Part shown: piece by piece, positions 34,722 through 35,311 of the stretch
How positions within the stretch are numbered: the stretch's first letter is position 1
Layout: each line of letters begins with the position of its first letter
The notes under the pieces: model-generated
Told to the model about the DNA's origin: nothing
Databases searched by the model: none
What the model saw: only the letters and a program-made list of their open reading frames with translations
Source of the DNA: Octopus sinensis
Lineage: Eukaryota
DNA length: 35,311 nucleotides
NCBI RefSeq assembly: GCF_006345805.1
Contig: NW_021828093.1
Coordinates: forward strand, 1 to 35,311
Direction of reading: 5' to 3'
Position numbers and translations under genes: made by a program

Positions 34722-35122
34722 TACTCTTTTACTCTTTTACTGGTTTCAGTCATTTGACTGTGGCCATGCTGGGGCACCGCCTTTAGTCGAGGAAATCGAT
34801 ACCATGACTTCTTTGTAAGCCTAGTATTTATTCTGTCGGTCCCTTTCGCCGAACCGCTAAGTTACGGGGACGTAAACACACCAATATTGGTTGTCAAGCG
34901 ATGTTAGAGGGACACACACAGACACACGAACATATACACACACATACATATATGTATACATATATACGACGGGCTTCTTTCAGTTTCCGTGTACCAAATC
35001 CACTCACAATGCTTTGGTCGGCCCGTTGGCCCGAAGCTATAGTAGAAGACACTTGCCCAAGGTGCCATACAGTGGGACTGAACTCGGAACCATGTGGCTG
35101 GTAAGCAAGCTACTTACCACAC
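34722..35122 (-). mobile_element. SINE family A, near full length
   Basis: Reverse-complement similarity to 13301-13723. Confidence 0.9.
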
Positions 35123-35311
35123 GTAGTTTTTTTTATCAATTTCGTGCACTGTTCTTACATGCGTACATGCATACATACATACATAATACATACATACATA
35201 TATATATATATATAAATCCTTAAATCCTTAAAAATGTTTTAGCCGAAGGCCGCGGCCATGCTGGGGCACCACCGCTGAATGAGCCACACTAGTTTGTGAA
35301 TCCACCTCTGA

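Noticed and set aside
214-35223. Dozens of ORFs rich in IY, MY, CV, HT, ER or YLSI
   Set aside because: They are translations of (TA)n, (TATG)n, (CA)n, (GA)n and (GATA)n arrays or of SINE bodies, with no protein-like complexity.
1-35311. CRISPR array, rRNA, prokaryotic operon
   Set aside because: No regularly spaced repeat-spacer array or rRNA-like sequence; the window is eukaryotic repeat-rich DNA.

Overview
This is an AT-rich, microsatellite-dense metazoan window that looks intronic. The SINE families and (TA)n/(TATG)n density suggest an octopod cephalopod; that is pattern recognition, not a database hit. Nearly all ORF-track entries are microsatellite translations. The supportable content is mobile DNA: many tRNA-headed SINEs, a DD37D (maT-type) Tc1/mariner deletion derivative, the 5' part of an L1/Tx1-like LINE, RTE, CR1/L2-like and R4/Dong-like RT remnants, and several MITEs. 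The standout signal is a recurring architecture of back-to-back inverted repeats with type I hammerhead ribozyme (HHR) motifs at their outer ends, pointing outward. It occurs four times with unrelated sequences: 14709-15072, 15390-15823, a near-perfect 465-bp palindrome at 23782-24246, and 31011-33012, where the arms enclose a Penelope GIY-YIG fragment. These read as Penelope-like pseudo-LTR inversions, and ribozyme activity is untested. A low-confidence chain of five small, phase-compatible plus-strand exons may be the host gene.
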